64,000 bases of DNA, from NCBI GenBank assembly GCA_964503885.1, contig CAZDCD010000013.1, positions 50,696-114,695 of the forward strand. Reading direction: 5' to 3'. Numbering within the stretch: position 1 is the first letter of the stretch; each line of letters begins with the position of its first letter. This DNA comes from an uncultured Bacteroidales bacterium (GTDB taxonomy: Bacteria; Bacteroidota; Bacteroidia; Bacteroidales; UBA10428). The notes under the pieces are model-generated. The model was not told the DNA's origin, made no database searches, and was given only the letters and a program-made list of their open reading frames with translations. Positions 49,307 through 59,173 of this stretch are shown here, piece after piece. The position numbers were made by a program, and so were the translations under genes.

Positions 49307-52141
49307 CTATCTTACAACCTCTTTGGTAATAGTACCTTTATCGGTACTGATCGTAACAACATACGACCCTTTTGCAATATCGTTAACCGGTAAGGTAAAA
49401 TGACCAACTCCGCTTATATTCCAATGCTTAACCTGTCTTCCTGAAAGGTCAACCAGACTGACTGTGCTTTCGGATATGTTTTTATCAAAGATGATGTTTA
49501 ACATATCGTTTGCCAGATAAACAGATATGGAATTTTCAAGGCTGTTTTTGTCAATGGATGTCGGTTCACCTGCGGCCTGGGTTACCTCGATGGGTTGCGG
49601 ATCGACATTATCAGCGGTAACTGTCACAGTAGCCATGCGTTCCGATGATGTCGGATTTTTCTCAGCTGTTAGCGTCACAGTCATGCTATCCGAGCCCGAT
49701 GCGGGATCCGCCGTCAGCCATGTTTCTGAGCTTTCAATGATCCACGGGGAATTTGAAAATACATCAAATGTTACCGTACTATTAGCATCGGCGGCAATGT
49801 CAAGCGTTTCATCGGATACCGACAGCGTTGTATCACCCGCAGCCTGCGTTACAGTGACAATACCGGGAGCGAGTCCCAAAACATTAATGGAAACCTGTGC
49901 CTGTCGGGTAGTAATTAATGGATTGCCGGATGCCGTAAGGTTTACGGTGAAAAATTGAAATTGAGAATTATACGGTTCGTTAGTAACCGTCAACCAACTT
50001 TCTGAACTACCAAATGTTGCATTCGGATCGTTCGTGATTGCATAGATTATTGCAGTACTTCCATCGACAGCCGCTATGCTTTTCGTGTTTCCGACAACAA
50101 AAAAGTCAGTCCAGATGGTTAATGTCGGATTGCCCGGTGCCTGTTTTACAACCAGCGTGTCACGAACCGAATCATTGACAGCAAAAATAACATCTTGCAT
50201 ACGAGTTGTTACAACTGTATTGGCTGAAATGGATAAGGTTGTACTGTCGTTATTAACAGAACTTGCAGGCTGAGCTGTGATCCAGGATCCCAAATTGGTA
50301 ACACTCCATACGTTATTCGAAGTTACATTTACCACATGGCTGTTTACAGTAGCTTCAACCTCAAGCGTATCAACAGAAACGGAAATAACACCCGGAGCGG
50401 AAGTTTTCTGGTTGATAAACAGATACATTGTCTTTAAACCGGGAGCTGTTATCATAATAGTATCCCGGCGTGCAGATGCATCAGGATTGGCTTCTGCGAT
50501 TATCGTAATGGTATCGTTATGTGTTCCAGATGTCTTATCCGGAGTGACCCAGGCTTCGGAACTTGCGAGGCTCCATGTGGTGTCTGAGGTGATCACAAAC
50601 TTGGCTGTACTGTTAGTCGTGTCACTCAGGATAATAGTAGTAGGGGAATAGAAGAGTGTTGAATTTTTTACGTATTTGGAGGCAAATTGCCAGAATGCGG
50701 GCCAGTCAGGTGCATCTGTATGGCCTCCTTCGTGATATCTGTAAGCAAGGGTCCCTTCGATATATCCTTTATCGACTACTGGTTTGGGATCATTCATAAT
50801 GATTCCGTCAACTCCGAGTAATTCATAGACCGGTGTTGCCCCAACAGTGGTCAGATACATTCCGTAAGGATCTGTCCAGGTACTCTGTGTCCCACCATTT
50901 ATAAAAACCGGTCGGGGTGCACAAAGCGAAAGAAGAGAGTGGGCATCCACCGGACAATCTTCGATTTTACGAGGCATATATTGACCCGGAATTTTTTCTC
51001 CACCCCATTTCATAAAATTACCAGCCATCCAATGATATTCCTGATCCCAAACAGAATTTTCAAGATTTTGTCCATAATGTCTTCTGTTCATTTTTGTACC
51101 AAGGCTTCCGGCATCACTTGGAAATGCAATAAACAATCTTGGTTCGTAAGCCATTGCCACAAGCGTTGCTTTACCGTATCTTGAATGCCCTGTAATGCCT
51201 ATTTTTGTTGCATCTATATCAGGGTCCGTTTCAAAATAATCTATAAGTTTGCTTACTCCCCAGCTCCATGCTGCAAGAGTACCCCATTGCTCAGGGGTTC
51301 TCCAGTTGCCTTTATTGCACAATCCTATAAGGTAGCTGGAAAGGCCTGAACCATTATCAGGCTGAAGTGCTTCATTATTGAATGCACATGCTCCCCATCC
51401 TTGCGGATAAGCATAGTTCCAGTAGGTATCAATACCACTCCAAAACACAATCATAACCGGAACAGGGCCTGCAGCATTTGCAGGCACTCTGAGCGTTGCT
51501 GAAATTGTGGGCACATCCCGTACAGAAGGGTATCTTGAAATGTCAATGGTGCCTGTTATAACTTTTTGAATATAGGCTGCAGCACCGCTTCCTCCTGTAG
51601 TTGTTACAACCGACCATGTTACTGCCGGCAAAATAGTATCATCAGGAATTACTCCCCACATCTGTTCCTGCACATCTTTTAGAATTTCCGGGCGGCGTAA
51701 ATTCCACCAATCGTCAACAGTTGAGATTACATATGCACTATCTCTCATTTTGAGCAGATCTATAGGTGGATAATCACCAAGCCGGGCCGAATCAGGGCCT
51801 GGGTGAAAACCATACCATCTGTCACTGTAATTATTCCATAAACCCCAGGAGGTTCGTGTGATCGTATTCCCTGTGCCCAGAGAATCAGTCCAGTCTCCTT
51901 CCGGATTGTTGGCATCTCTCGGGTATGCACCGGCAGGCGCATTCGGGTCTTCCAGTTTAGGGGGTAATTCAGGGAAAGTTATTCCCAATTGCCATGCCAT
52001 TTGATCCCTGTCTTGTGTGCGGGTTACATCACTTGGGGGAAATGCCGGAAACTGGGCAAATACAGTACCCGTTACCGTTAAAAGCAATATGGTAAATACA
52101 TGCTTTACCCTTGCTAAGTCAAGAAAAGTAGATTTTTTCAT
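49307..52141 (-). CDS. Secreted CE15-like glucuronoyl esterase with multiple BACON domains and a T9SS C-terminal sorting domain
   Basis: Nucleophile motif ITGHSRYGK (bacterial variant of GCSRxG). PVDAHSLLSLCAPRPVFINGG matches the CE15 His region. At least 4 BACON-like repeats (W..S...W.T......G...). C-terminal GSYVVTISTDKGTITKEVVR tail. Start taken at MKKSTF (52141). Confidence 0.75.
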   Translation of the reverse strand: MKKSTFLDLARVKHVFTILLLTVTGTVFAQFPAFPPSDVTRTQDRDQMAWQLGITFPELPPKLEDPNAPAGAYPRDANNPEGDWTDSLGTGNTITRTSWGLWNNYSDRWYGFHPGPDSARLGDYPPIDLLKMRDSAYVISTVDDWWNLRRPEILKDVQEQMWGVIPDDTILPAVTWSVVTTTGGSGAAAYIQKVITGTIDISRYPSVRDVPTISATLRVPANAAGPVPVMIVFWSGIDTYWNYAYPQGWGACAFNNEALQPDNGSGLSSYLIGLCNKGNWRTPEQWGTLAAWSWGVSKLIDYFETDPDIDATKIGITGHSRYGKATLVAMAYEPRLFIAFPSDAGSLGTKMNRRHYGQNLENSVWDQEYHWMAGNFMKWGGEKIPGQYMPRKIEDCPVDAHSLLSLCAPRPVFINGGTQSTWTDPYGMYLTTVGATPVYELLGVDGIIMNDPKPVVDKGYIEGTLAYRYHEGGHTDAPDWPAFWQFASKYVKNSTLFYSPTTIILSDTTNSTAKFVITSDTTWSLASSEAWVTPDKTSGTHNDTITIIAEANPDASARRDTIMITAPGLKTMYLFINQKTSAPGVISVSVDTLEVEATVNSHVVNVTSNNVWSVTNLGSWITAQPASSVNNDSTTLSISANTVVTTRMQDVIFAVNDSVRDTLVVKQAPGNPTLTIWTDFFVVGNTKSIAAVDGSTAIIYAITNDPNATFGSSESWLTVTNEPYNSQFQFFTVNLTASGNPLITTRQAQVSINVLGLAPGIVTVTQAAGDTTLSVSDETLDIAADANSTVTFDVFSNSPWIIESSETWLTADPASGSDSMTVTLTAEKNPTSSERMATVTVTADNVDPQPIEVTQAAGEPTSIDKNSLENSISVYLANDMLNIIFDKNISESTVSLVDLSGRQVKHWNISGVGHFTLPVNDIAKGSYVVTISTDKGTITKEVVR

Positions 52142-52651
52142 GAGTTTACGTTTTAATGATTTGTATTTTCCGTATAAAAGATTAGCTGGTATTTTGTCAA
52201 ACAATATCAACCCTGAATTTGTTTATCCGGCCTCTGTGTTAATTTATGAATTAAAATTAAATTCTTCAATGATCAGGTGCAGGTTTTCATGCGGTGCATG
52301 GTTAGTATTATGAATAAGGTTTGTCGGATCGGCATCCGGATTAAACGATCCCAAAAACACATTCAGCAGCCTTAATTATGAACGCAGGTTGAATTTCCTG
52401 GAAATAAATGATTTCGCAGGATATCAGACGATTACAATGAGTTTTAATAGGGCGGCCAGGTGGTATTCCGGGTTTATTCCGACGCGGCATTTTGGGATGC
52501 GTTAATTTACAGAAATGCCGAAAACGAACCGTCAGTATGGATAGGGTATAAATTAGGAAATGCGCTCGTATAGAACGAGGACCCAATTACTGGCATAATT
52601 TTTGTTCCTATCGGTTAAGTATTTCATCCAGGCATTCCAAGCATTATTTTT

Positions 52652-53461
52652 ATGCCTGTAATAAGAAAGAAAATGAGTTTAAACACAACAACAAACAGGC
52701 TTTATGCTTCAGCACAATGCAACGATAGAAATCTTTACCCTGAAATCCCCGGTTTTACCGATTCGTTTTTAAAGGTTTCAGAACCCTTTATCATAAAGTA
52801 TGCCGTGCCGTTTGTTATATGGACTGAGAAAATGGAGGTTACACCGTATAAAAGTATCGAAACCGTTTTCATGGATTTGGTAATGGCCGGGTTTTCCTGG
52901 CATATTTATATTGCCCCTGCCCTCCGCACACCTAAGATCATGTTCGGTATTATGTCTGTATTGAGTGCCGCAAGAATGAAATTTCCAGGGCTGAGATCCA
53001 TTATTGACGGAATAAGGGGCCTCATTTTCACACGGATCACAAAAGATACAAAAAAACCTGTACATCCGAAATACACATTGAAAAATTTCGAAAGGTTGAT
53101 TTTTCTGCTTAAATCAACAGGTGAATATACCGAAGAAGTAAAAAAACTGATGGTGGTACACAATTATTTGCGAATATTGACACACGGACAAACAGATACT
53201 TTCCTCGAAAACCTGCATATGACGGGCACGTTTTATATGGACAGGACAGAAAGGCTCGTTGGAAAATCCATCGGTAAACCGGATGATTTACGAGATATTA
53301 CCCGGGAAATACGCCATGCAAATTACCTGATGAAGTACAGGTACAATACCGAATATTTAATGTCCCTGCTTACAACTGATTTATCGAATCGCGATTTAAA
53401 GATCATGGGATCAGGATCTGATTCGCAGACATTGAATACCATAGGACTGCGGGCATCATGA
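52652..53461 (+). CDS. Hypothetical protein (269 aa), no recognisable domain
   Basis: Long ORF with ordinary composition. Preceded by a 440-nt gene-free leader. Convergent with the SDR gene. Confidence 0.5.
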   Translation: MPVIRKKMSLNTTTNRLYASAQCNDRNLYPEIPGFTDSFLKVSEPFIIKYAVPFVIWTEKMEVTPYKSIETVFMDLVMAGFSWHIYIAPALRTPKIMFGIMSVLSAARMKFPGLRSIIDGIRGLIFTRITKDTKKPVHPKYTLKNFERLIFLLKSTGEYTEEVKKLMVVHNYLRILTHGQTDTFLENLHMTGTFYMDRTERLVGKSIGKPDDLRDITREIRHANYLMKYRYNTEYLMSLLTTDLSNRDLKIMGSGSDSQTLNTIGLRAS

Positions 53462-53515
53462 CATTTTTCGCAACAATTATTTAAACAAAGTGAGGCATCC
53501 TGAACAGGTCTGAAA

Positions 53516-54337
53516 TTAATTGTAAGCTCTGTTCATCAGGTAATAATAGAGTCTGCGGGGCATAAAAGATAGTAATCCCAGTATTGCCCTGTTTGATGAT
53601 CCCGGTATACAAATAATTTCATCCCTTTTAAGACCCAGAAGTGAATAATTAACCACTTCCGATGGTTCCATCCATTTTAACCAGGGCACAGGAACCGCCA
53701 GTTTTGACTTGTCCAGCTTAGCGTGAAAATTGGTCTGCGTAAATCCCGGGCAGAGGCATTGAACCCTGATTCCATACTGATGCAGCTCCAGGAAAAGCGA
53801 TTCGGTAAAACTGGTGAGAAACGATTTGGTACCCGAATACATCGCATTATCAGAGGTAGGGATAAAGGCAGCCATTGAAGTTACATTGATGATAGTTCCC
53901 GATTTCCGGCTGATCATCTGGGGAGCAACTTTATGAATAAGCCTGAGAGGGGCGGTGACGTGTACATCCAACATTTTAAGCTGATTATTCACCCGGTCGG
54001 TACTAAATTTTTCTGCCAGTCCGAAACCCGCATTGTTAACAAGTATTTCGATGGGTTTCTTATTCTCTGCAAGATCAAGCAACCCGTTCATATCTTTTTT
54101 AACGGCAAGGTCGCCTATGAATACATCAACCCGAATCCGGTATTTAATTCTCAGTTCCGCAGCAAACCTGTTGATCTCAGCGTTTCTTCTGCCCGTGATA
54201 ATCAGGTTGTACCCTTCCCTTGCAAATTCAAACGCAAACGCTTTACCAATACCGCTGGTTGCTCCCGTGATCAGTGCATATTTTCCATGTTGATAGCTGA
54301 TACCCTTGTCTCGACTGGTCAGGGGGGCTTTAGGCAT
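53516..54337 (-). CDS. Short-chain dehydrogenase/reductase (classical SDR)
   Basis: ALITGATSGIGKAF (TGxxxGIG), NNAG, YSGTKSF (YxxxK). I place the start at MPKAPL (54337); the ORF is open up to 54502. Confidence 0.85.
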   Translation of the reverse strand: MPKAPLTSRDKGISYQHGKYALITGATSGIGKAFAFEFAREGYNLIITGRRNAEINRFAAELRIKYRIRVDVFIGDLAVKKDMNGLLDLAENKKPIEILVNNAGFGLAEKFSTDRVNNQLKMLDVHVTAPLRLIHKVAPQMISRKSGTIINVTSMAAFIPTSDNAMYSGTKSFLTSFTESLFLELHQYGIRVQCLCPGFTQTNFHAKLDKSKLAVPVPWLKWMEPSEVVNYSLLGLKRDEIICIPGSSNRAILGLLSFMPRRLYYYLMNRAYN

Positions 54338-54689
54338 CGACGGATTTTCAAAAATCCCTGTCGAACCTAAAATTCTGGGCATAAGAAACCTACTGATTTG
54401 ACCGGCTGATCCATTACCTGCCGGTACCTTCGGCATCCGGCTGACGAATGTTTTAAAGCATTCTGAAAAATTCAGTTTAACAGGAAAGTTTAATGTATGC
54501 ATTGGTTCAGTTTTAGGTATGGTTGCTGTATAATAAGACTTAATATTTTTGAAAAGGTTGCATCATTTTTCTCTTTGTTATGCAAATAACATACCATAAT
54601 GGGAGTGAAAGAAAGCGGCCTGATAGAAGTCAAATCCAATACCGGATAGTAATGCCTTGAAGAGTAAAAAAATATTGTTAATTTGTTAC

Positions 54690-54697
54690 CAAAATTA
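54690..54697 (-). promoter_or_regulatory. Candidate -7 box (TAATTTTG on the minus strand) in the gap upstream of the SDR gene
   Basis: Plus-strand CAAAATTA at 54690-54697 is TAnnTTTG on the minus strand. Confidence 0.35.
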
Positions 54698-54946
54698 TGA
54701 AGTATTACACTGCCGGCAGGTAGAAATCCCGATAGCATAGCATATCGGGATAAATGAGTATAATTGCCTTCGGTGAGCTCATATACTCGATTCTCCGATG
54801 CTTGCATCGAACATTAAAAGATATCTTATTGATACACCATCTGCTTGCAGCGGGTAATATATTTCATATGAAGGATGTCCGGCATTACCAACCGGCCCGG
54901 CAAATACGGCCGGTGCAAAAGTTTTCAGGAGGGAAGGTATTGCCTT

Positions 54947-56308
54947 TTAGGAGACGGTTTCTGGTTCTAAAACAAGGGGCGCGATTGCATGTTGACTTAA
55001 ATATGTCAGGCTGGATTTCAGAACCGGAATTCTTCTTTGTTCTACTTTACTTTGTTTCATATGGCCGTAATTCATGGCCAGGTATAGGAGGGGATTGTTT
55101 AAATTTCCCCAGAATCTTCTGAAAATACATGATATACTGTAGAATTTCTGACGTGTTTGTGTTTTTCCAATCTGAAGTTCGTAAGGAGACATTTTTTTTG
55201 GTTCAAATACCACGGTATTGTGATCGTAAAATTGCCAGTCGGTTGTGAGTATCCTTTCCTCTTTTTCAAGGTCTGCAAAGGTCTTGGTTCCGGGGTAAGG
55301 GGTTAATACATTAAATGATACGGTACCTATCTTGTTTTTTACAAGGAATCTGAGCGTTTCCGCAAATGTACTTTGGGTATCGTTGTCAAAACCAAAGATC
55401 ATTGAAGCATGAATGAGTATCCCCATTTTATGGATCTTTTTGAGAGCGCTTTCCAGTTGGCTGACTTCTTTTATTGATTTATGCATGGTTTTCAGCTGGC
55501 TTTCCGAAACGCTTTCCAAACCAATGAATAACGCTCTGCAGCCACTTTCACAAGCAAGCTGCATCAATTCCGTATCTTTTACAAACGATATGGATGCCTG
55601 TCCTACCCATTTTATTTTCAGCGGTTTGATTGCCCTGAACAATTCCTTGGCATATCTAGGATGTCCGATGATGTTGTCATCAAGGAACATGAAGTTTTTT
55701 GCTCCGGATTCAGTAATGTCGCGTACCACATTTTCAACCGGCAGGTGGCGTATCTTTTTACCGAAAAGATCGGTTACACAGCAAAAATCACAGTCATACG
55801 GACATCCCCGCGTTGTCATTATCGGAATGATATTAAACAACCTTTTTTGTATAATCCTGCTGAAATTTTTGGGAACATACTTGCTGAGGTCAGGTTCCGG
55901 GTTGTGATATCGCTTCTTTAACGTGCCATACTGAAAGTCGAATAGGAGGGTCTCCCATATTCCCTCGGCTTCACCGATAACCACTGAATCTGCATGCTGC
56001 AAAGCTTCTTCAGGCAGGATTGTCGGATGAACGCCTCCAAGGACCACGGTTTTTCCTCTTCTTTTGAATTCGCGGGCAATTTCGTACGATCTTGGGGCAT
56101 TGGCTGTCATACAACTTATCCCCACCAGGTCACATTCTTCATCAAAATTCAATATCTCTGCTTCTTCCTCCACCAGTTTAACCTCATGTTCAGCCGGTGT
56201 TATACCCTCCAGGATGTATAAAGCAAGCTGTGGCATTCTGAGCCCTTTGTTGGTTCTTTTGGATGCGTTTACTGCGGGTGATATCAACATAATTTTCATT
56301 TTTGACAA
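54947..56308 (-). CDS. B12-binding-domain radical SAM enzyme (class B), paralog C
   Basis: 453 aa. N-terminal cobalamin-binding-like Rossmann region (DLVGISCMTANAP...VVLGGVHPT). Cluster motif TRGCPYDCDFCCV. Confidence 0.85.
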   Translation of the reverse strand: MSKMKIMLISPAVNASKRTNKGLRMPQLALYILEGITPAEHEVKLVEEEAEILNFDEECDLVGISCMTANAPRSYEIAREFKRRGKTVVLGGVHPTILPEEALQHADSVVIGEAEGIWETLLFDFQYGTLKKRYHNPEPDLSKYVPKNFSRIIQKRLFNIIPIMTTRGCPYDCDFCCVTDLFGKKIRHLPVENVVRDITESGAKNFMFLDDNIIGHPRYAKELFRAIKPLKIKWVGQASISFVKDTELMQLACESGCRALFIGLESVSESQLKTMHKSIKEVSQLESALKKIHKMGILIHASMIFGFDNDTQSTFAETLRFLVKNKIGTVSFNVLTPYPGTKTFADLEKEERILTTDWQFYDHNTVVFEPKKMSPYELQIGKTQTRQKFYSISCIFRRFWGNLNNPLLYLAMNYGHMKQSKVEQRRIPVLKSSLTYLSQHAIAPLVLEPETVS

Positions 56309-56341
56309 TTTTTATGTTTATTTTTATGGTATAATTTCCTC

Positions 56342-57514
56342 TTAATTCATTAATGAATGAACTGTTTCTTGCTTGGGTATTAAATAATTATCAGTATTCA
56401 CCAGGGGAATTTCATTATTCAGCTCATGATTACCGAGGCGCTTAAGCATTTTTATATGATTCCGTATGGCATGAAAAAAAGTAGGTTGTACATGATAGGG
56501 TAAGCCAAATTCTGCTGAAGTCTGTTTGACGAATTTTGATACTGTATAATAATGAACATGACAGATATTGGGAAACAGGTGGTGTTCAATCTGGAAATTC
56601 AGTCCACCGATCAGCCATGAAAAAATCCTGCTTTTTGGAGCATAATCAGAAGTTGTCAATACCTGATGAATGGCCCAATTGTTTTCCATATTCCCTTTAT
56701 TGTCAGGCAATGGATATTCTGAAGACGGCATAATATGTGCAGGTTGAAAGATAGCACTTAGTGAGAGACCCATGATCGAATGCATAATCATAAAGGAAAC
56801 CACTATTAACCAGACGGGCACAGGCAATAAAATTACAGGGAGTGCAATGAAAACGAAATAGTAGAGGGCTTTCCAGATTATTTCCTTTGCGAATTCCATG
56901 GAAAATTCCTTATTTTTTTTGATAAGATTTTTCTTTCTGTACCTGAAAAATTGCAGGATATTCTTTGATGTGACCCATAACAGGGTTGAAATTGCATAAA
57001 AGAACCAGACATAAATATGCTGAAAACGTTGAATAGCGTGTTTTTCCGAATGAGGCGAAAACCTGAGGAAATGGGGAACATGAATATCATCATCGGCATT
57101 TTCGATGTTTGTATAGGCATGATGGAGATAATTATGTTGGATCTTCCATAAATAGGAATTTCCCCCCAGCATATTCAATGTATATCCCAGAAGTTTGTTG
57201 ACCCTGCGGTTTCCTGAATAGGAACCATGATTGGCGTCGTGCATTACAGAAAGTCCGATGCCCGCCATGCCTAATCCCATTATGATCCAAAGCAGCAGAA
57301 AAAGAATGCTCCCGGAAAATACACCTGTTATCATCATCGAATAGGGAATGATGAACAGTGAAAACATAAAGACTGTTTTCAGCACCATGTTTTTATTTCC
57401 ATATTTGGAGATCCGGTTCACTCTGAAATAACTGTTTACTCTTTCCCGCAATGTATCAATAAATTCAGGTCTTGTTTTTGGTGAAAATTTTATTGTTTCT
57501 ATATTGTTTATCAT
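56342..57514 (-). CDS. Membrane fatty-acid desaturase, front-end/sphingolipid-desaturase-like histidine boxes
   Basis: 390 aa. His boxes HDANHG, HNYLHH and QIEHHLFP (Q-type third box). Four or more TM helices. No fused cytochrome b5. Confidence 0.85.
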   Translation of the reverse strand: MINNIETIKFSPKTRPEFIDTLRERVNSYFRVNRISKYGNKNMVLKTVFMFSLFIIPYSMMITGVFSGSILFLLLWIIMGLGMAGIGLSVMHDANHGSYSGNRRVNKLLGYTLNMLGGNSYLWKIQHNYLHHAYTNIENADDDIHVPHFLRFSPHSEKHAIQRFQHIYVWFFYAISTLLWVTSKNILQFFRYRKKNLIKKNKEFSMEFAKEIIWKALYYFVFIALPVILLPVPVWLIVVSFMIMHSIMGLSLSAIFQPAHIMPSSEYPLPDNKGNMENNWAIHQVLTTSDYAPKSRIFSWLIGGLNFQIEHHLFPNICHVHYYTVSKFVKQTSAEFGLPYHVQPTFFHAIRNHIKMLKRLGNHELNNEIPLVNTDNYLIPKQETVHSLMN

Positions 57515-57553
57515 GTTATATAATCCTTATTTACATCGTCTTAATACATAACC

Positions 57554-59038
57554 TTAGTTTGATATCCCCTTGAAGACTTTTCTGTAATGGTATCCGTAAA
57601 TGCTGTAGGTTATTGCAAGAGGAAACAATTCGGGTTTTTTCAGAAGACTCCAGAAAAAAAGTTTCCAGTAATAGATCCGGCTTTTATTGAAGATGCCGAT
57701 GATAAAAATAGATTTGGTCAGAGTGATAAGATCTTTAAAAGAAATCTTTCTTATGGTTTTTAATGGCGGGTTATAATGCCTGAGGAATGATATTACACGG
57801 TTGTAATACGCCTTACTCGAATAGATGCCCTGTATGATTTTCTGATAGCCGTTAAGAAGGTCCTGCTTATTCATTTTTGGTATAAAATTCAGCGAATAGT
57901 TGGTATTGTCTCCGCTCCATTCGTTGGTGATACGACCTTCTTTCATCAGCCGTTTATAGAGCAATGTTTTTTTTGGTGCATTCAGCAATCCCACCATAGC
58001 CGATACGATTCCGCTTTGCTGGATAAAATCGATCTGATGCTGGAAAACAGCCGGCGAATCATTATCGAAACCCACTATAAATCCGGCCATAACCTCCATT
58101 CCGGCCAGTTGGATGGTTTTTACACTGTCAACCATATCCCGCCTTTCATTCTGGGTCTTGTTGCATTCGGCAAGACTGGCTTCTTCAGGTGTTTCAATAC
58201 CTACAAATACCCTGTAGAATCCTGCTTCCACCATCAATTTCATGAGTTCGGGATCGTCTGCAAGATTGATGGATGTTTCGGTAAGAAAAGTGAACGGAAA
58301 TTTGTTTTTCTCCATCCAATTGATGAGCGCAGGCAGAAGTTCTTTCTTTAAGATATTTTTATTGCCGATAAAATTATCATCCACAAAAAATACCGGTCCG
58401 TCCCAGCCTGTTTTCTTTATGTTATCGAGTTCCATCAGGATCTGACGGCTGGTCTTCAGCCTGACCTTGTGGCCAAAAAGTGCGGTGATGTCGCAAAATT
58501 CACAATTGAAGGGGCATCCTCTTGAAAACTGTATGCTCAGGGTTCCGTATTTCGAAACGTCGATCAGGGAGTAATCGGGCAGAGGGGTGCTGGTCATATC
58601 TGCAAATTCTTCAGATTGGTAAATCCTTTGAGGCCGTCCTCTTTCCAGGTCATCGAGAAAGCGGGGTAATGTAATTTCTGCTTCATCGAGGATCAGGTGA
58701 TCGATATCGCTGAAATTTTCAAAATCGACGGTAAATAATGGACCCCCTGCAACAATTTTTGTGTTCAGCGATTTGCATCTTTTTATGACTTCATTTGCAG
58801 ACGTTATCTGTACCGACATGGCACTGATAAACACATAATCAGCCCATGCAATTTCCTTATCAGTAAGCTTCGAAACATTCAGGTCAATCAGTCTTTTTTC
58901 CCATTCATGAGGCGTGAGTGATGCAGCAGTGATCAGGCCGAGTGGGGGATTCGCCGCTTTTTTGGATATAAACTTCAGTGCATGTTTATAGCTCCAGTAA
59001 GTAGGTGGATATTTCGGATATACAAAAAGTATTTTCAT
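57554..59038 (-). CDS. B12-binding-domain radical SAM enzyme with DUF4070-like C-terminal region, paralog A
   Basis: 494 aa. MKILFVYPKYP...PPLGL...ISAMSVQ (B12-binding-like). SRGCPFNCEFCDI. C-terminal GFIVGFDNDSP...NAPKKTLLYKRL region as in BchE/HpnJ-like class B enzymes. Confidence 0.85.
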   Translation of the reverse strand: MKILFVYPKYPPTYWSYKHALKFISKKAANPPLGLITAASLTPHEWEKRLIDLNVSKLTDKEIAWADYVFISAMSVQITSANEVIKRCKSLNTKIVAGGPLFTVDFENFSDIDHLILDEAEITLPRFLDDLERGRPQRIYQSEEFADMTSTPLPDYSLIDVSKYGTLSIQFSRGCPFNCEFCDITALFGHKVRLKTSRQILMELDNIKKTGWDGPVFFVDDNFIGNKNILKKELLPALINWMEKNKFPFTFLTETSINLADDPELMKLMVEAGFYRVFVGIETPEEASLAECNKTQNERRDMVDSVKTIQLAGMEVMAGFIVGFDNDSPAVFQHQIDFIQQSGIVSAMVGLLNAPKKTLLYKRLMKEGRITNEWSGDNTNYSLNFIPKMNKQDLLNGYQKIIQGIYSSKAYYNRVISFLRHYNPPLKTIRKISFKDLITLTKSIFIIGIFNKSRIYYWKLFFWSLLKKPELFPLAITYSIYGYHYRKVFKGISN

Positions 59039-59056
59039 TATTTAGATATTCCTGGA

Positions 59057-59064
59057 CAAAATTA
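59057..59064 (-). promoter_or_regulatory. Candidate -7 box (TAATTTTG on the minus strand) for the radical-SAM/desaturase operon
   Basis: Plus-strand CAAAATTA at 59057-59064. It lies 19 nt upstream of the ATG at 59038. Confidence 0.45.
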
Positions 59065-59173
59065 TTTTGAAGTTTTTCTATATAAAAATAAAAGGGACAT
59101 CTGACCGGTATACGGGATAAACATGCAAAAAATGTGAGGAATGGTATTTATCGGGGTAGATGGCATTCACCCC

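Noticed and set aside
49500-50650. Apparent internal repetition in the 3' half of the CE15 gene.
   Set aside because: The repetition is at the protein-domain level (BACON modules) with diverged nucleotide sequence. It is ordinary domain duplication, not a DNA repeat array.
52446-52560. Segment AATAGGGCGGCCAGGTGGTATTCCGGG... in the 440-nt leader upstream of the 269-aa hypothetical gene. It superficially resembles the AAnAGGGAA...GGTGnnAAnTCC core of cobalamin riboswitches, which is tempting given the B12-dependent enzymes nearby.
   Set aside because: The downstream conserved elements are missing: there is no CCCGC-ACUGU junction and no B12 box (AGUCAGGAnACCUGCC-like). The P4-like stem has a mismatch. 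An Infernal scan with RF00174 would settle it; by eye it does not qualify.
52341-52586. 81-aa minus-strand ORF in the gap between the CE15 gene and the 269-aa hypothetical gene.
   Set aside because: It has no recognisable motif, an odd basic/proline-rich composition, and no promoter-like box in a suitable position. Treated as non-coding.
54490-54807. 105-aa minus-strand ORF, and the overlapping 122-aa plus-strand ORF (54754-55122), between rSAM-C and the SDR.
   Set aside because: They have no motifs, they overlap each other and the hairpin-rich spacer, and the plus-strand ORF runs antisense into the rSAM-C gene. More likely non-coding leader sequence.
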